Part shown: positions 46,364 to 55,946 of the stretch, piece by piece | How the letters are laid out: every line of letters starts with the position of its first letter | Numbering within the stretch: position 1 is the first letter of the stretch | Position numbers and translations under genes: made by a program | DNA from: a virus | Reading direction: 5' to 3' (one strand) | DNA length: 64,000 bases | Virus record (IMG/VR): IMGVR_UViG_3300043772_003377 | Location: 32,001 to 96,000 of that record | The notes under the pieces: model-generated | What the model was told of the DNA's origin: nothing | What the model saw: the letters and a program-made list of their open reading frames with translations, nothing else | Database searches by the model: none

Positions 46364-46391
46364 AAAAGGAAGGTTTTACCTTCCTTTTTTT
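46364..46391 (+). terminator. Intrinsic terminator
   Basis: AAAAGGAAGGT-TTT-ACCTTCCTTTT followed by further T residues. Confidence 0.85.
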
Positions 46392-46450
46392 GTTTATATT
46401 ATATTTATAAATTGAGGTTATATAATCTTATAAATTTATAGGTCATATAT

Positions 46451-49400
46451 ATGGCAAATCGAAATTCAACGTTTTTATTAAAACGTTCAAATATTATTGA
46501 TAAAGTCCCAAATCTTACGGGACTCACAATTGGGGAATTGGCTCTAAACACGGCAGATTCAAAGTTATATACAATTTTTACATCAGGAACAACAGGTGCT
46601 ACAGAAGTTAGACAAATTGGTTGGGATAGAGTTAGTAGAACTGGTGATACAATCACAGGTGATTTATATGTAACAGGAAAAACAATAACAAATCAACTAC
46701 AAGTAACGGGAGGAACATTAACTTCAGGTTATGTTTTAACTTCAGATGGTGTTGGAAACGCTACTTGGGTTTCTCCAACAATTGTTTCCGGTTATTATCT
46801 ACCTCTGTCAGGTGGTACCGTAACAGGTGGAACTAGTTTTAATAGTGGTCTAACGGCAAATACAATTTATACGGATTATATTGATTTTAATACAAATCCA
46901 ACCGTACCTTCTCCAACAGGAGGAACACTTTATTTTGATTCAAATGAAAACGCTTTATCATACAAACCATTAACAAATCAAAATGATGTTACGGTTAATT
47001 TAGGTCAAGAATCGTTAATTAAAATTTACAATAATTTAGGATATCAAATTAATAATGGTCAAGTTTTACATATAACAGGTGCAACTGGTGGGGTACCAAC
47101 GGTTGCGTTAGCGAACGCTTCAAAATTGGGGACAACATTTACTGAAAGTATCGCTCAAACTTCGGGTGTTGCGACTCACGACATACCGACAGGGGAATTT
47201 GGTTTTATGACAAACTTTGGTATTGTTAGGGATTTAAACACAACCGCGTTTACCGTAGGTCAAGAAGTTTTTTTGTCAGACACTATTGATGGTGCCTTAA
47301 CCAATGACCCAAATAATATTGCCTTCACATCAAGGATATCGACCGTTGGATATTGTATCGAATCTGACCCAACTAATGGAAAGATACTTGTTGTAATAAC
47401 AAATGAAAATGCGTTACAAAGTTTAACTCAACAAGAAATAAATGTTTTATTAGGTAATACGATTTCAACCGGTGCGTATTTTTATACGGGAGCAACAACT
47501 GCGTCAACAACAACAATAAATGTATCACCAGTTAGAGGGTGGATAGTTTATAACACAGGAAGTCAGTACGCGACAAATCCTTTAGTTCTTAATGTTTATT
47601 ATAGTGGTGGTACAAATTTACCAGTTACGGGTTTAACTAGTTCATCCGACACTTATTTATTAGTTAATAGTGGCGGTACTTTATATCAAACAAACACATT
47701 CCCATCACCAGAGGAGAGAAGATATAATATATTTTTAGGTAGGGTAGTTCATCCAAACAAAACAACAATACTAAATGTTGAACAATCTGTGGATTATGAT
47801 GTTTCCCCATTATCATCTCTTAGAGATTTATGGGTTCCGATTAAAATAATAAATGAAGGTGTGGTGCCAAGTCCTAATGGTGCTACTTTAACATTTAAAA
47901 CTTCATCCGGTACTTTTTGGGGTAATGGGATAGGTTTCCCAACAAATGAACTTAATCCAAATTCAATCACCGTACCCGCTTATATTCCGGCGTCTTTTTA
48001 TTATACAACACAAACAGGTGGAACTTTTACCGCAACCACGACAACCGTTGATTCTGAAAATTATGACGTTGGTGGTGTTATAACTAATATACCCGGAGCC
48101 GGAAATTACTCGACTCAAAGAATTTATATGTCACAAAGTGGTGTGATTAGACTTCAGTATGGTCAAAATTATTATTCCACTTTAGCGAAAGCAATTGCAG
48201 CAATACCAAGTGAGACATTTATTGTTAATCCCGATAATTCATTGGATTGTACTTTAATTGGTTTATTGACCGTTAAAGATGGTACATCAGATTTGAGTAA
48301 TGCTGATGACGCAATTTTTACATTTGTGTCTAAGTTCGGTGAAATTTTAGGTGGTACCGGAGGGATTTCAACCACAACATTACAACAGGCTTATGATAAT
48401 TCGATTAACCCCGAAATTGTTACAAATACCACTTTAGGTGGAGTTCAATTTAAAGGGGGTACTGGAAATAATACCGATAAAAATATTATCATTGAAAATA
48501 ATAGTAGTGTTGAAACGGGTTATTGGAACGCCGACGGTTCATTGTTCGCTTCGACAATAACTGGGGGTACAACAACAATTAATGGTAATTTAACCGTAAC
48601 GGGAAATACAAGTTTACAATCGTTAACTGCGGGGACTAGTACTATAAATGGTAATTTAACCGTAACGGGAAATACAAGTTTACAATCGTTAACTGCGGGG
48701 ACTAGTACTATAAATGGTAATTTAACCGTAACGGGAAATACAAGTTTACAAGGGTTGACCGCGACAACAATTTCGGCAACAACTTACCAAAATTTACCAA
48801 CTGATATTAGAGTTACAGGAGCTAGTTATTCGAACAACACGTTCACATATACTAACAATACGGGAGGAACTTTTTCAGTATTATTCAATACCTTAACGGG
48901 TTTAACCGTGAATGGTAATTTAACCGTAACGGGAAATACGAGTTTACAATCATTAACCGCAGGAACTAGTACCATAAATGGTAATCTATCGGTAACAGGT
49001 AATACGTCAATGACGGGTACGTTAAGTGTTACGGGTAATACAAATATTAGGTCATTTACAGGAACGAGTGGTTATATATCGGGTAGTGGACAAAATATTT
49101 TAACCGTAATTGGTTCGGGTAATAGTACGACATCACCATTATTTACTGTACAAGGTTCATCGGGTGAATTGTTTAGTGTTACAGATTCATTAACGGGTTC
49201 TTTATTTAGTGTTAATGATATTTCGGGTTTACCAATATTAGAAGTCTTTTCTGATAATAGAATATTACAAGGAAGTTATTTAGCACCATCACTTAATACA
49301 ACGGTCAGAACATCATTAACCGCTGGAACTAATAGTGTTTACTCAATTCCGACAAGTGCTTATACGGGAGCATTTTTCGATTACACCTTAATAAGTACTG

Positions 49401-49600
49401 GTAGTACGGGTGCAAGAGCTGGAACGATTATGTCAATATGGAGTGGTTCAACCACACAATATACTGATGTTTCAACGAATGATATTGGAACAACAACTGG
49501 GGTCACATTCTCAGTCGCGGTCTCAGGTAGTAACGCAGTTCTAAGTAGTTCTGCAACAACAACGGGATGGACATTAAAAACAATTGTTAGGTCAATATGA
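46451..49600 (+). CDS. Long tail fibre-like protein
   Basis: N-terminal FLLKRS...VP..L..GELALNTADSKLY fibre-anchoring motif; GYVLTSDGVGNATW; YLPLSGGTVTG; 22-aa repeats. Confidence 0.75.
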   Translation: MANRNSTFLLKRSNIIDKVPNLTGLTIGELALNTADSKLYTIFTSGTTGATEVRQIGWDRVSRTGDTITGDLYVTGKTITNQLQVTGGTLTSGYVLTSDGVGNATWVSPTIVSGYYLPLSGGTVTGGTSFNSGLTANTIYTDYIDFNTNPTVPSPTGGTLYFDSNENALSYKPLTNQNDVTVNLGQESLIKIYNNLGYQINNGQVLHITGATGGVPTVALANASKLGTTFTESIAQTSGVATHDIPTGEFGFMTNFGIVRDLNTTAFTVGQEVFLSDTIDGALTNDPNNIAFTSRISTVGYCIESDPTNGKILVVITNENALQSLTQQEINVLLGNTISTGAYFYTGATTASTTTINVSPVRGWIVYNTGSQYATNPLVLNVYYSGGTNLPVTGLTSSSDTYLLVNSGGTLYQTNTFPSPEERRYNIFLGRVVHPNKTTILNVEQSVDYDVSPLSSLRDLWVPIKIINEGVVPSPNGATLTFKTSSGTFWGNGIGFPTNELNPNSITVPAYIPASFYYTTQTGGTFTATTTTVDSENYDVGGVITNIPGAGNYSTQRIYMSQSGVIRLQYGQNYYSTLAKAIAAIPSETFIVNPDNSLDCTLIGLLTVKDGTSDLSNADDAIFTFVSKFGEILGGTGGISTTTLQQAYDNSINPEIVTNTTLGGVQFKGGTGNNTDKNIIIENNSSVETGYWNADGSLFASTITGGTTTINGNLTVTGNTSLQSLTAGTSTINGNLTVTGNTSLQSLTAGTSTINGNLTVTGNTSLQGLTATTISATTYQNLPTDIRVTGASYSNNTFTYTNNTGGTFSVLFNTLTGLTVNGNLTVTGNTSLQSLTAGTSTINGNLSVTGNTSMTGTLSVTGNTNIRSFTGTSGYISGSGQNILTVIGSGNSTTSPLFTVQGSSGELFSVTDSLTGSLFSVNDISGLPILEVFSDNRILQGSYLAPSLNTTVRTSLTAGTNSVYSIPTSAYTGAFFDYTLISTGSTGARAGTIMSIWSGSTTQYTDVSTNDIGTTTGVTFSVAVSGSNAVLSSSATTTGWTLKTIVRSI
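48581..48751 (+). repeat. 66-bp exact tandem repeat (about 2.6 copies; a diverged copy starts at 48911)
   Basis: Unit starts at 48581, 48647 and 48713 and encodes NGNLTVTGNTSLQSLTAGTSTI. Confidence 0.9.
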
Positions 49601-50283
49601 GTTATAATTTTTCCCCTAAAATAGTTACCGATGGTCTTGTCTTTTATTTGGATGCTGCGAATACCAAATCATATATTGGTTCAGGTACAACTTGGACAGA
49701 TTTAAGTAGAGGTGATAATAGTGGGATTTTAAATGGGGCGGTCTTTAATAGTTTAAATGGTGGTAGTATATCTTTTGATGGTGTTGATGATAATGTAAAT
49801 TGTGGAAATAATTCCGCGTTGGACGTTGGAAACAATATTACGGTAAATGCTTGGATTTTTTTACCTAGTGCGGGAGCAATTACAGGTTATAGACCAATAG
49901 TGTCCAAAGTTGTTAGTGGAGCGACATTGGGTTGGGAGATGGGAAATAGTGCGGGAACTCTTAGGTGTGTATTCAGACCAACATCAAGTATTATAGACCT
50001 TTCAGGACCAACATTATCTATAGGTGTTTGGCAGATGTGTACATTTACTTATAATAATGTAACCGCTAGATTATATTTAAACGGGGTTTTAGGGGCGTCG
50101 ACATCAAGTGGAGGTCCTGTAACATTAAACTCAACACAACCACTTCAGGTTGCGACAAGAGGTATTGGCGGTAGTACATTTTTTGGTAGAATATCGATGG
50201 TTTCAGTATATAATCGAGCTTTATCTACTACAGAAATATTACAAAACTACAACGCGAATAAATCAAGATTTGGATTAAGTTAA
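49597..50283 (+). CDS. LamG/concanavalin A-like lectin domain protein
   Basis: IVTDGLVFYLDAAN..SY.GSGTTWTDLS...FDGVDD...LYLNG...YNRALS. Confidence 0.85.
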   Translation: MSYNFSPKIVTDGLVFYLDAANTKSYIGSGTTWTDLSRGDNSGILNGAVFNSLNGGSISFDGVDDNVNCGNNSALDVGNNITVNAWIFLPSAGAITGYRPIVSKVVSGATLGWEMGNSAGTLRCVFRPTSSIIDLSGPTLSIGVWQMCTFTYNNVTARLYLNGVLGASTSSGGPVTLNSTQPLQVATRGIGGSTFFGRISMVSVYNRALSTTEILQNYNANKSRFGLS

Positions 50284-50284
50284 A

Positions 50285-50980
50285 ATGGCGGGAAGAATAT
50301 CATATTTAGGTGGAATCGTAAAGGATGGTCTAGTATTAGATTTAGATGCGGGTAAAATAGATTCTTATCCAAGAACAGGAACTTTATGGAGAGATTTAAG
50401 TGGTAATAACAATAATGGTACTTTAACAAACTTTGGTTCTCAAACTATATGGAATGGTGATAATGGGGGAAGTATTATTTTTGATGGTAGTAATGATATC
50501 GTTTCGGTAAATAATGTCGTACCAACTGGGGATAGTTCTAAAAGTGTCTTTATGATTTTTAAATCAACAACTACGATATCAACAAGACAATGGTTATTTT
50601 ATTCTGGTACCGAAACTGTTGGTGGTAGATTTGCGTTAGAAATAGAAAATAGTAGGTTTACCTTTAATTATTATAGCGCGGCACTACAACCAACAACACT
50701 TATCAGTAATACTTGGTACTACGGAGGTGTAACATATAACTCAACAACAAAACAATTATTAATATATTTAAATGGTGTATTACAAAGTACTACAACTTTT
50801 CCGGTAGCATCAATTAGTTTAAACACAGGTAATGGTGCTACAAACTACGTTGGGAATATTTTTAACGCCAGTTTCCCTTTAAACGGGAACATTGCCGTAA
50901 CACAAGTGTATAATAAAGTGTTATCACAATCAGAAGTAACACAAAACTACAACGCATTAAAAGGAAGATATAATTTATAA
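50285..50980 (+). CDS. LamG/concanavalin A-like lectin domain protein
   Basis: IVKDGLVLDLDAG...FDGSND...NTWYY...IYLNG...YNKVLS. Confidence 0.85.
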   Translation: MAGRISYLGGIVKDGLVLDLDAGKIDSYPRTGTLWRDLSGNNNNGTLTNFGSQTIWNGDNGGSIIFDGSNDIVSVNNVVPTGDSSKSVFMIFKSTTTISTRQWLFYSGTETVGGRFALEIENSRFTFNYYSAALQPTTLISNTWYYGGVTYNSTTKQLLIYLNGVLQSTTTFPVASISLNTGNGATNYVGNIFNASFPLNGNIAVTQVYNKVLSQSEVTQNYNALKGRYNL

Positions 50981-50983
50981 AAT

Positions 50984-51253
50984 ATGGAAACACAATTATA
51001 CGAAAACAGAAAATTTATGATATTTGATGTTAGTGAACTACCAAATATTGATTTCACTCAAGTATGTGAAACTTCAATTGATACGGTTAGAAAATCGGTT
51101 GACGGAACAAAAACATTTGTTAAATGGGATACTGAAGGAATTCCTTCATCAGTAGATAGTTTAACAACTAAAGAAGGTCCATACAACTATGAAGAGATAT
51201 TAACAATATTATCAACCCCAGAATGGACTAATCCAAATCCAATGACAATATGA
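50984..51253 (+). CDS. Hypothetical protein (fibre-associated)
   Basis: IDFTQVCETSIDTVRKSVDGTKTFVKW; lies between LamG genes. Confidence 0.7.
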   Translation: METQLYENRKFMIFDVSELPNIDFTQVCETSIDTVRKSVDGTKTFVKWDTEGIPSSVDSLTTKEGPYNYEEILTILSTPEWTNPNPMTI

Positions 51254-51996
51254 GTACGGTAAATGGTAATTATTATGGTGGAATTGTAAAAGATGGTTTG
51301 GTGTTATTGTTGGATGCCGCCAAGAGAGATTCTTATCCTAGAGTCGGTACTACCTGGACTGATATTACTTGGAATGGAAATAATGGTACTTTAACAAACT
51401 TTGGTTCTCAAACGATATGGAATGGTGATAATGGAGGTAGTATTATTTTTGACGGAACTAATGATTATCTTATAAACACTTCACTTCCAACATTTAATGT
51501 TGGTTCTATTAATATATGGTTTAAACCAACCACCACAATAAATGCTAGTTCTCCCGTTTCAACATTAATACAATTAAGGTACGGGACATCGATAGGAAGT
51601 GGATGGTATATACAATTTGGACCTGCAACTTCATTATTAACCAACGAATATTTAACAATAATCGACTTAGTATCCGGTCGTAGACAAGGGTTAACCACAG
51701 TAGGCGGTTCTTTTTTAGCGAATACTTGGTATAACTTGGTTTTCAATTATGAAAGTACTCAATATCAAATATATGTGAATAGTGTTTTAAACACATCCAC
51801 ATCGTCACCTAGTGGTGTTGGTTTATTGACCAACCCAAATAGATTATTGATAGGAGCGGGTAGTGGTGAGGGTATAGTAAACCCATTTGACTTTCTTAAC
51901 GGAAACGTCTCAATCGTACAGATTTATAATAGAACTCTTTCCACATCTGAAATAACTCAAAACTATAACGCTCAAAAAGGTCGTTTTGGTTTATAA
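51250..51996 (+). CDS. LamG/concanavalin A-like lectin domain protein
   Basis: IVKDGLVLLLDAA...FDGTND...NTWYN...IYVNS...YNRTLS. Confidence 0.85.
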   Translation: MSTVNGNYYGGIVKDGLVLLLDAAKRDSYPRVGTTWTDITWNGNNGTLTNFGSQTIWNGDNGGSIIFDGTNDYLINTSLPTFNVGSINIWFKPTTTINASSPVSTLIQLRYGTSIGSGWYIQFGPATSLLTNEYLTIIDLVSGRRQGLTTVGGSFLANTWYNLVFNYESTQYQIYVNSVLNTSTSSPSGVGLLTNPNRLLIGAGSGEGIVNPFDFLNGNVSIVQIYNRTLSTSEITQNYNAQKGRFGL

Positions 51997-52055
51997 CATT
52001 TCACAAATTCAACATATTTATAATAAAATAAAATTACTGGATAGGGAAAGTAATT

Positions 52056-52295
52056 ATGCCAAACGAATTTGTAATTAAAAACGGCTACATTAGCCAAGGA
52101 AACTCAACGGTCAACGCGATATTATCGGCAAATACCGTTTACGTATCATCCACACCAACAAGTGGAATAACATCAACACAAATTTTAATGAGAAATTCAT
52201 CAACAGGTCTTGTTGAGATAACGGATAATACTTCTCCTTCCATATTTAATTATGGTTTGTCATACGCGATGGCAAACTTTAATTTTACAACATAA
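52056..52295 (+). CDS. Small putative virion protein
   Basis: MPNEFVIKNG N-terminus; TATTTAT upstream (52015-52021). Confidence 0.6.
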   Translation: MPNEFVIKNGYISQGNSTVNAILSANTVYVSSTPTSGITSTQILMRNSSTGLVEITDNTSPSIFNYGLSYAMANFNFTT

Positions 52296-52317
52296 TAAAA
52301 AATAAAAATTATTTACT

Positions 52318-52743
52318 ATGCCAGCAAACGTACAACCAATCTATACGAGATTACCTGATGTACAATGGACGGTTTCAGCTATGACTACCGCCAACACAAC
52401 TAAAGATTTAACGGGAGGTACAATATACTTAGCGTTTACCGCTGATTCAACTAACGGAAGTTATGTTCAAAGGATAAGATTTAGGCCGTTAGGTACAAAC
52501 TCAAACGCCACGGTTGCCAGGGTTTGGATTAATAATGGTTCAGCAACAACTACTGCGTCAAATAATACTTTATTTGACGAGATAACTTTACCAACTATTA
52601 CCAACATAGAGACTGCTGCCCAGTCAAATTATGAATTACCGTTAAATTTTGGTTTAAATCCAGGATATAGGATATACGTAACCGTTGGTACCGCTCCAAC
52701 ATCGGCGGGTTGGAACGCGACGGTAATTGGTGGTGATTATTAA
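52318..52743 (+). CDS. Putative virion protein
   Basis: 141-aa Thr-rich beta protein ending GGDY. Confidence 0.65.
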   Translation: MPANVQPIYTRLPDVQWTVSAMTTANTTKDLTGGTIYLAFTADSTNGSYVQRIRFRPLGTNSNATVARVWINNGSATTTASNNTLFDEITLPTITNIETAAQSNYELPLNFGLNPGYRIYVTVGTAPTSAGWNATVIGGDY

Positions 52744-52756
52744 AAAAAATTACATT

Positions 52757-52939
52757 ATGATATATAGTTTATGTGAATTTGAATACGGATACGAAGGTCG
52801 TTTCTATCAAGAAAGTGATTATAACGGATTGGTTAGATTTATTGATTTAAGTGGAAATACTTTAGAGTTAATCCCACCATATGGTTATTATGTGATTGAG
52901 GATAATTTACCAGAACCGAACTGGGTTAACAATGGTTGA
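52757..52939 (+). CDS. Hypothetical protein
   Basis: ATG at 52757 after an A-rich leader; coupled to the next gene. Confidence 0.55.
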   Translation: MIYSLCEFEYGYEGRFYQESDYNGLVRFIDLSGNTLELIPPYGYYVIEDNLPEPNWVNNG

Positions 52940-53867
52940 TTATTTTAACATACCACAAATAACCAATTGTCAAACTTTTTTTGCTGCTGGGTCAACATCT
53001 TGGCAGACTTGGCAAAAACCAAAAAACACCAAATTTGTTTATATAACCGCAATTGGTGGTGGTGCTGGTGGTGGAGGTGGTGCAAATACATCTGGAAATG
53101 GTGGAGGTGGAGGAGGTGGTGGTTCATCATCAATTACAAACATACTAATCCCATCAATATTAATTCCTGACACATTATATATTCAAGTTGGGTCAGGTGG
53201 TAACGGTGGAACTTCCGGAGGAAATGGTTCATCGGGACAATTATCCTATGTTTCAATTTTACCTAGTACAGGTGCTACCAATGTTATTATATCATCAGGA
53301 ACAATTGCCCCTTCGGGTGGTAATTTAGGTAACCTGTCTGTTGGTGGTACCGGAGGTAGTGGTGGAACCGTATTTACAAGTTCTGTCGGTTTTTTGTCAT
53401 CGTTAGGAAGATGGTCATCAACATCGGGAGATACGGGGGCAAATGGTGCTTTTGGATTTGTCGGTGGTGGTACTAAAACCGCATTAACCTCGTTAGTTTT
53501 AACTGGTGGTGGAGGTGGTGGAGGTAAAAGTAACACTAATGGTGGTGCTGGTGGTTCTATTTTAGCAGGTGGAGTTTTAGGTAGAGTCGCTGGTGGAATC
53601 GGAGGGACAACGGGTCAAAATGGAGGTAAAGGTATTATAACTATAAACCCTATTTTATTAACCTATTCTTCGACAGAATTTCCGTTTGCAACTACAGGTG
53701 GGTCTGGTGGTGGAGGAAGAGCTGGTGCTCCCCCAGATGAACCCACATCAAATGGAGGTGATGGTGAAATTGGTAGTGGTGGTGGTGGAGGAGGTTCTTC
53801 AAACAGTGGTTCAGGAAGATTAGGTGGTAGAGGTGGTAACGGAATTGTATTTATAACAACATTTTAA
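52932..53867 (+). CDS. Glycine-rich fibre/adhesin protein, copy 1
   Basis: WQTWQKP...IGGGAGGGGG...GGRGGNGIVFITT. Start set at MVDYFNIP by alignment to the paralog start MIDIFNIP. Confidence 0.75.
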   Translation: MVDYFNIPQITNCQTFFAAGSTSWQTWQKPKNTKFVYITAIGGGAGGGGGANTSGNGGGGGGGGSSSITNILIPSILIPDTLYIQVGSGGNGGTSGGNGSSGQLSYVSILPSTGATNVIISSGTIAPSGGNLGNLSVGGTGGSGGTVFTSSVGFLSSLGRWSSTSGDTGANGAFGFVGGGTKTALTSLVLTGGGGGGGKSNTNGGAGGSILAGGVLGRVAGGIGGTTGQNGGKGIITINPILLTYSSTEFPFATTGGSGGGGRAGAPPDEPTSNGGDGEIGSGGGGGGSSNSGSGRLGGRGGNGIVFITTF

Positions 53868-53876
53868 ATTTAACAT

Positions 53877-54830
53877 ATGATAGATATTTTTAACATACCA
53901 AACATAACAAATACCCAAGTTTTTTACACTCAAGGTTCTGGTATTTGGCAGACTTGGCAAAAACCAAGAAATTGTAAATTCACCTATATTTTTGTATTAG
54001 GTGGTGGCGGTGGTGGAGGTGGAGGAAGAGGTTCTGCCTCTAACGCGGCAATTGGTGGGGGAGGAGGAGCGTCATCTTCATTAACTACGGGAATTTTTCA
54101 AACAAACTTATTACCCGACACATTATATATCCAAGTCGGTCCTGGTGGTTCTGCGGGTACCGCTGGTTCGGCAACGAATGGTGGTGTTGGAGGTAGTGGT
54201 AATTTATCATATGTTTCAATATTATCAAGTACATCCGCTGCGAATGTTTTATTATCAAGTGGTACTGCAGTACCAACAGGTGGTGGTGGAGGTCTAACAG
54301 GTCCTGGTACATCGAGCGGGGGAACTGTGGGAACAATATTCACAAATTCGGTAGGTATTTTATCATCATTAGGTATGTTTACATCTATTGCCGGTCAAAG
54401 TGGTGTTTTAGGTCAAAATACACAACAGGGTGATAGTATAACAATTGCCGGAGTAACTTCAGGAGGTGCTGGTGGTGGTGGAGCTACAAGTTCATTATCT
54501 TCGTTTTCAGGTGGTTCAATAACAACATCCGGTTTTATACCACAATTAAATGGTGGCGCATTAGGTTTTGTCACAAGTGGTGGAACTGGTAATTCGGGGT
54601 TTATTGGTTTAAACCCCTCTTCTTTATCAACATCAAGATTGCCTTTCTTAACCACGGGAGGTGCTGGTGGTGGAGGGTCAACAAATAACGCGTCAGGAAC
54701 TTTTAATGGTGGTATTGGGGGTAATGGTGGTTTTGGGTCTGGTGGTGGAGGTGGTGGAGGAGCTTATAATGGAGCTGGTGGTGTTGGTGGAAGAGGTGGT
54801 GACGGTTTAGTGATAATTACTTGTTGGTAA
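53877..54830 (+). CDS. Glycine-rich fibre/adhesin protein, copy 2
   Basis: WQTWQKP...LGGGGGGGGG...GGRGGDGLVIITCW. Confidence 0.75.
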   Translation: MIDIFNIPNITNTQVFYTQGSGIWQTWQKPRNCKFTYIFVLGGGGGGGGGRGSASNAAIGGGGGASSSLTTGIFQTNLLPDTLYIQVGPGGSAGTAGSATNGGVGGSGNLSYVSILSSTSAANVLLSSGTAVPTGGGGGLTGPGTSSGGTVGTIFTNSVGILSSLGMFTSIAGQSGVLGQNTQQGDSITIAGVTSGGAGGGGATSSLSSFSGGSITTSGFIPQLNGGALGFVTSGGTGNSGFIGLNPSSLSTSRLPFLTTGGAGGGGSTNNASGTFNGGIGGNGGFGSGGGGGGGAYNGAGGVGGRGGDGLVIITCW

Positions 54831-54843
54831 TATATTTATAGTT

Positions 54844-55605
54844 ATGCAAATTATTGAAATAACAAATGCGGTAGGGTCAGGAACGTATGATATTTATTTG
54901 TGTGATATAACATTAACTTATTGTTTTTTAATATCAGGGTCAACATCAATCCCGCCAACCGTATCTTTTGAGTTACCATCATCTTTACCAAATCCTAATT
55001 CTCCTCCTACGACAATATCTTTTGATGGGGCGACTTCAGTAATAGTTAAATTGGTCGATTCCGTAACAGGGTGTGAAAAATTTATAGTCCGAAATTGCGG
55101 TGACACCCAACCATGCTCCTGTTCGTACTCTATGTTGGATAGTGTTGGATATATTGAGGATGTTGTTAATGGATTTGAGTCGGTATCGGCTTTAACATAT
55201 ACATTAACCGGAATAACAATCAATTCAAATCCGATAATCCCACTAACATATTCTTCGGAAACTATTAACATCTCAACGGTAAATTGGGTACCGGCAACAA
55301 CCTTAGACGGTACGGTTTATACCAATGTGTATGATTTTGTAAGTAGTATAATTTCAACATATAATTTAACAGGATATTCATCTTCATTGATAACGACTCC
55401 AAATTTTATTGGTTTAGATAGAACCGCGATATCAATAACCTACCCTTGTGGGGATACATTTATTTTTAATATTGTTATTTATGGTAGTCAGGTAGGGACT
55501 TCAAATCAATTATATATGGGTGAATATAACTATACTAACAATGGTTATTCATTTTTAACACCAAATATGTATTCAGTCTATCAAGATAGCGAGTGTTTGA
55601 GTTAA
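54844..55605 (+). CDS. Putative virion protein
   Basis: YDIYLCD...C N-terminal module; Ser/Thr-rich; TATTTAT 4 nt before the ATG. Confidence 0.6.
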   Translation: MQIIEITNAVGSGTYDIYLCDITLTYCFLISGSTSIPPTVSFELPSSLPNPNSPPTTISFDGATSVIVKLVDSVTGCEKFIVRNCGDTQPCSCSYSMLDSVGYIEDVVNGFESVSALTYTLTGITINSNPIIPLTYSSETINISTVNWVPATTLDGTVYTNVYDFVSSIISTYNLTGYSSSLITTPNFIGLDRTAISITYPCGDTFIFNIVIYGSQVGTSNQLYMGEYNYTNNGYSFLTPNMYSVYQDSECLS

Positions 55606-55901
55606 TAACATATAAAAATGGTGTTAGACCTAACAGAGGTAAATTAAATGATTTTTACGATTTACCGATAGAAAAACAAAATATTTTTAAAGAAATTAAA
55701 AATAAAGTTAATAACGAATTTGGTAATCATATTGATTTATATGTTTTTGGTAGTTACTTAAAGGGTGTCTGGAACGAATCCTCAGATTTTGATGTTGTAA
55801 CAAGTGAACCAAATTTTAAAATAAGAGAATTAAAATTTAAAAACATAAAAGTTGATTTTATTTATTTTAATAATTTTGATGGAATGGTAAAAATCCCTTA
55901 A
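55593..55901 (+). CDS. Minimal nucleotidyltransferase (Pol beta superfamily)
   Basis: LYVFGSYLKG...SDFDVV...KVD, the hG[GS]-x-DxD motif plus a third Asp. Confidence 0.75.
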   Translation: MFELITYKNGVRPNRGKLNDFYDLPIEKQNIFKEIKNKVNNEFGNHIDLYVFGSYLKGVWNESSDFDVVTSEPNFKIRELKFKNIKVDFIYFNNFDGMVKIP

Positions 55902-55946
55902 TACTTTATTTGTAAAGTTTATTTTTTAATTTTAAAATAAAAAAAT

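Noticed and set aside
52945-54655. Poly-Pro, His-rich and Trp-rich small ORFs
   Set aside because: They are antisense or alternative-frame readings of the GGT/GGA glycine runs.
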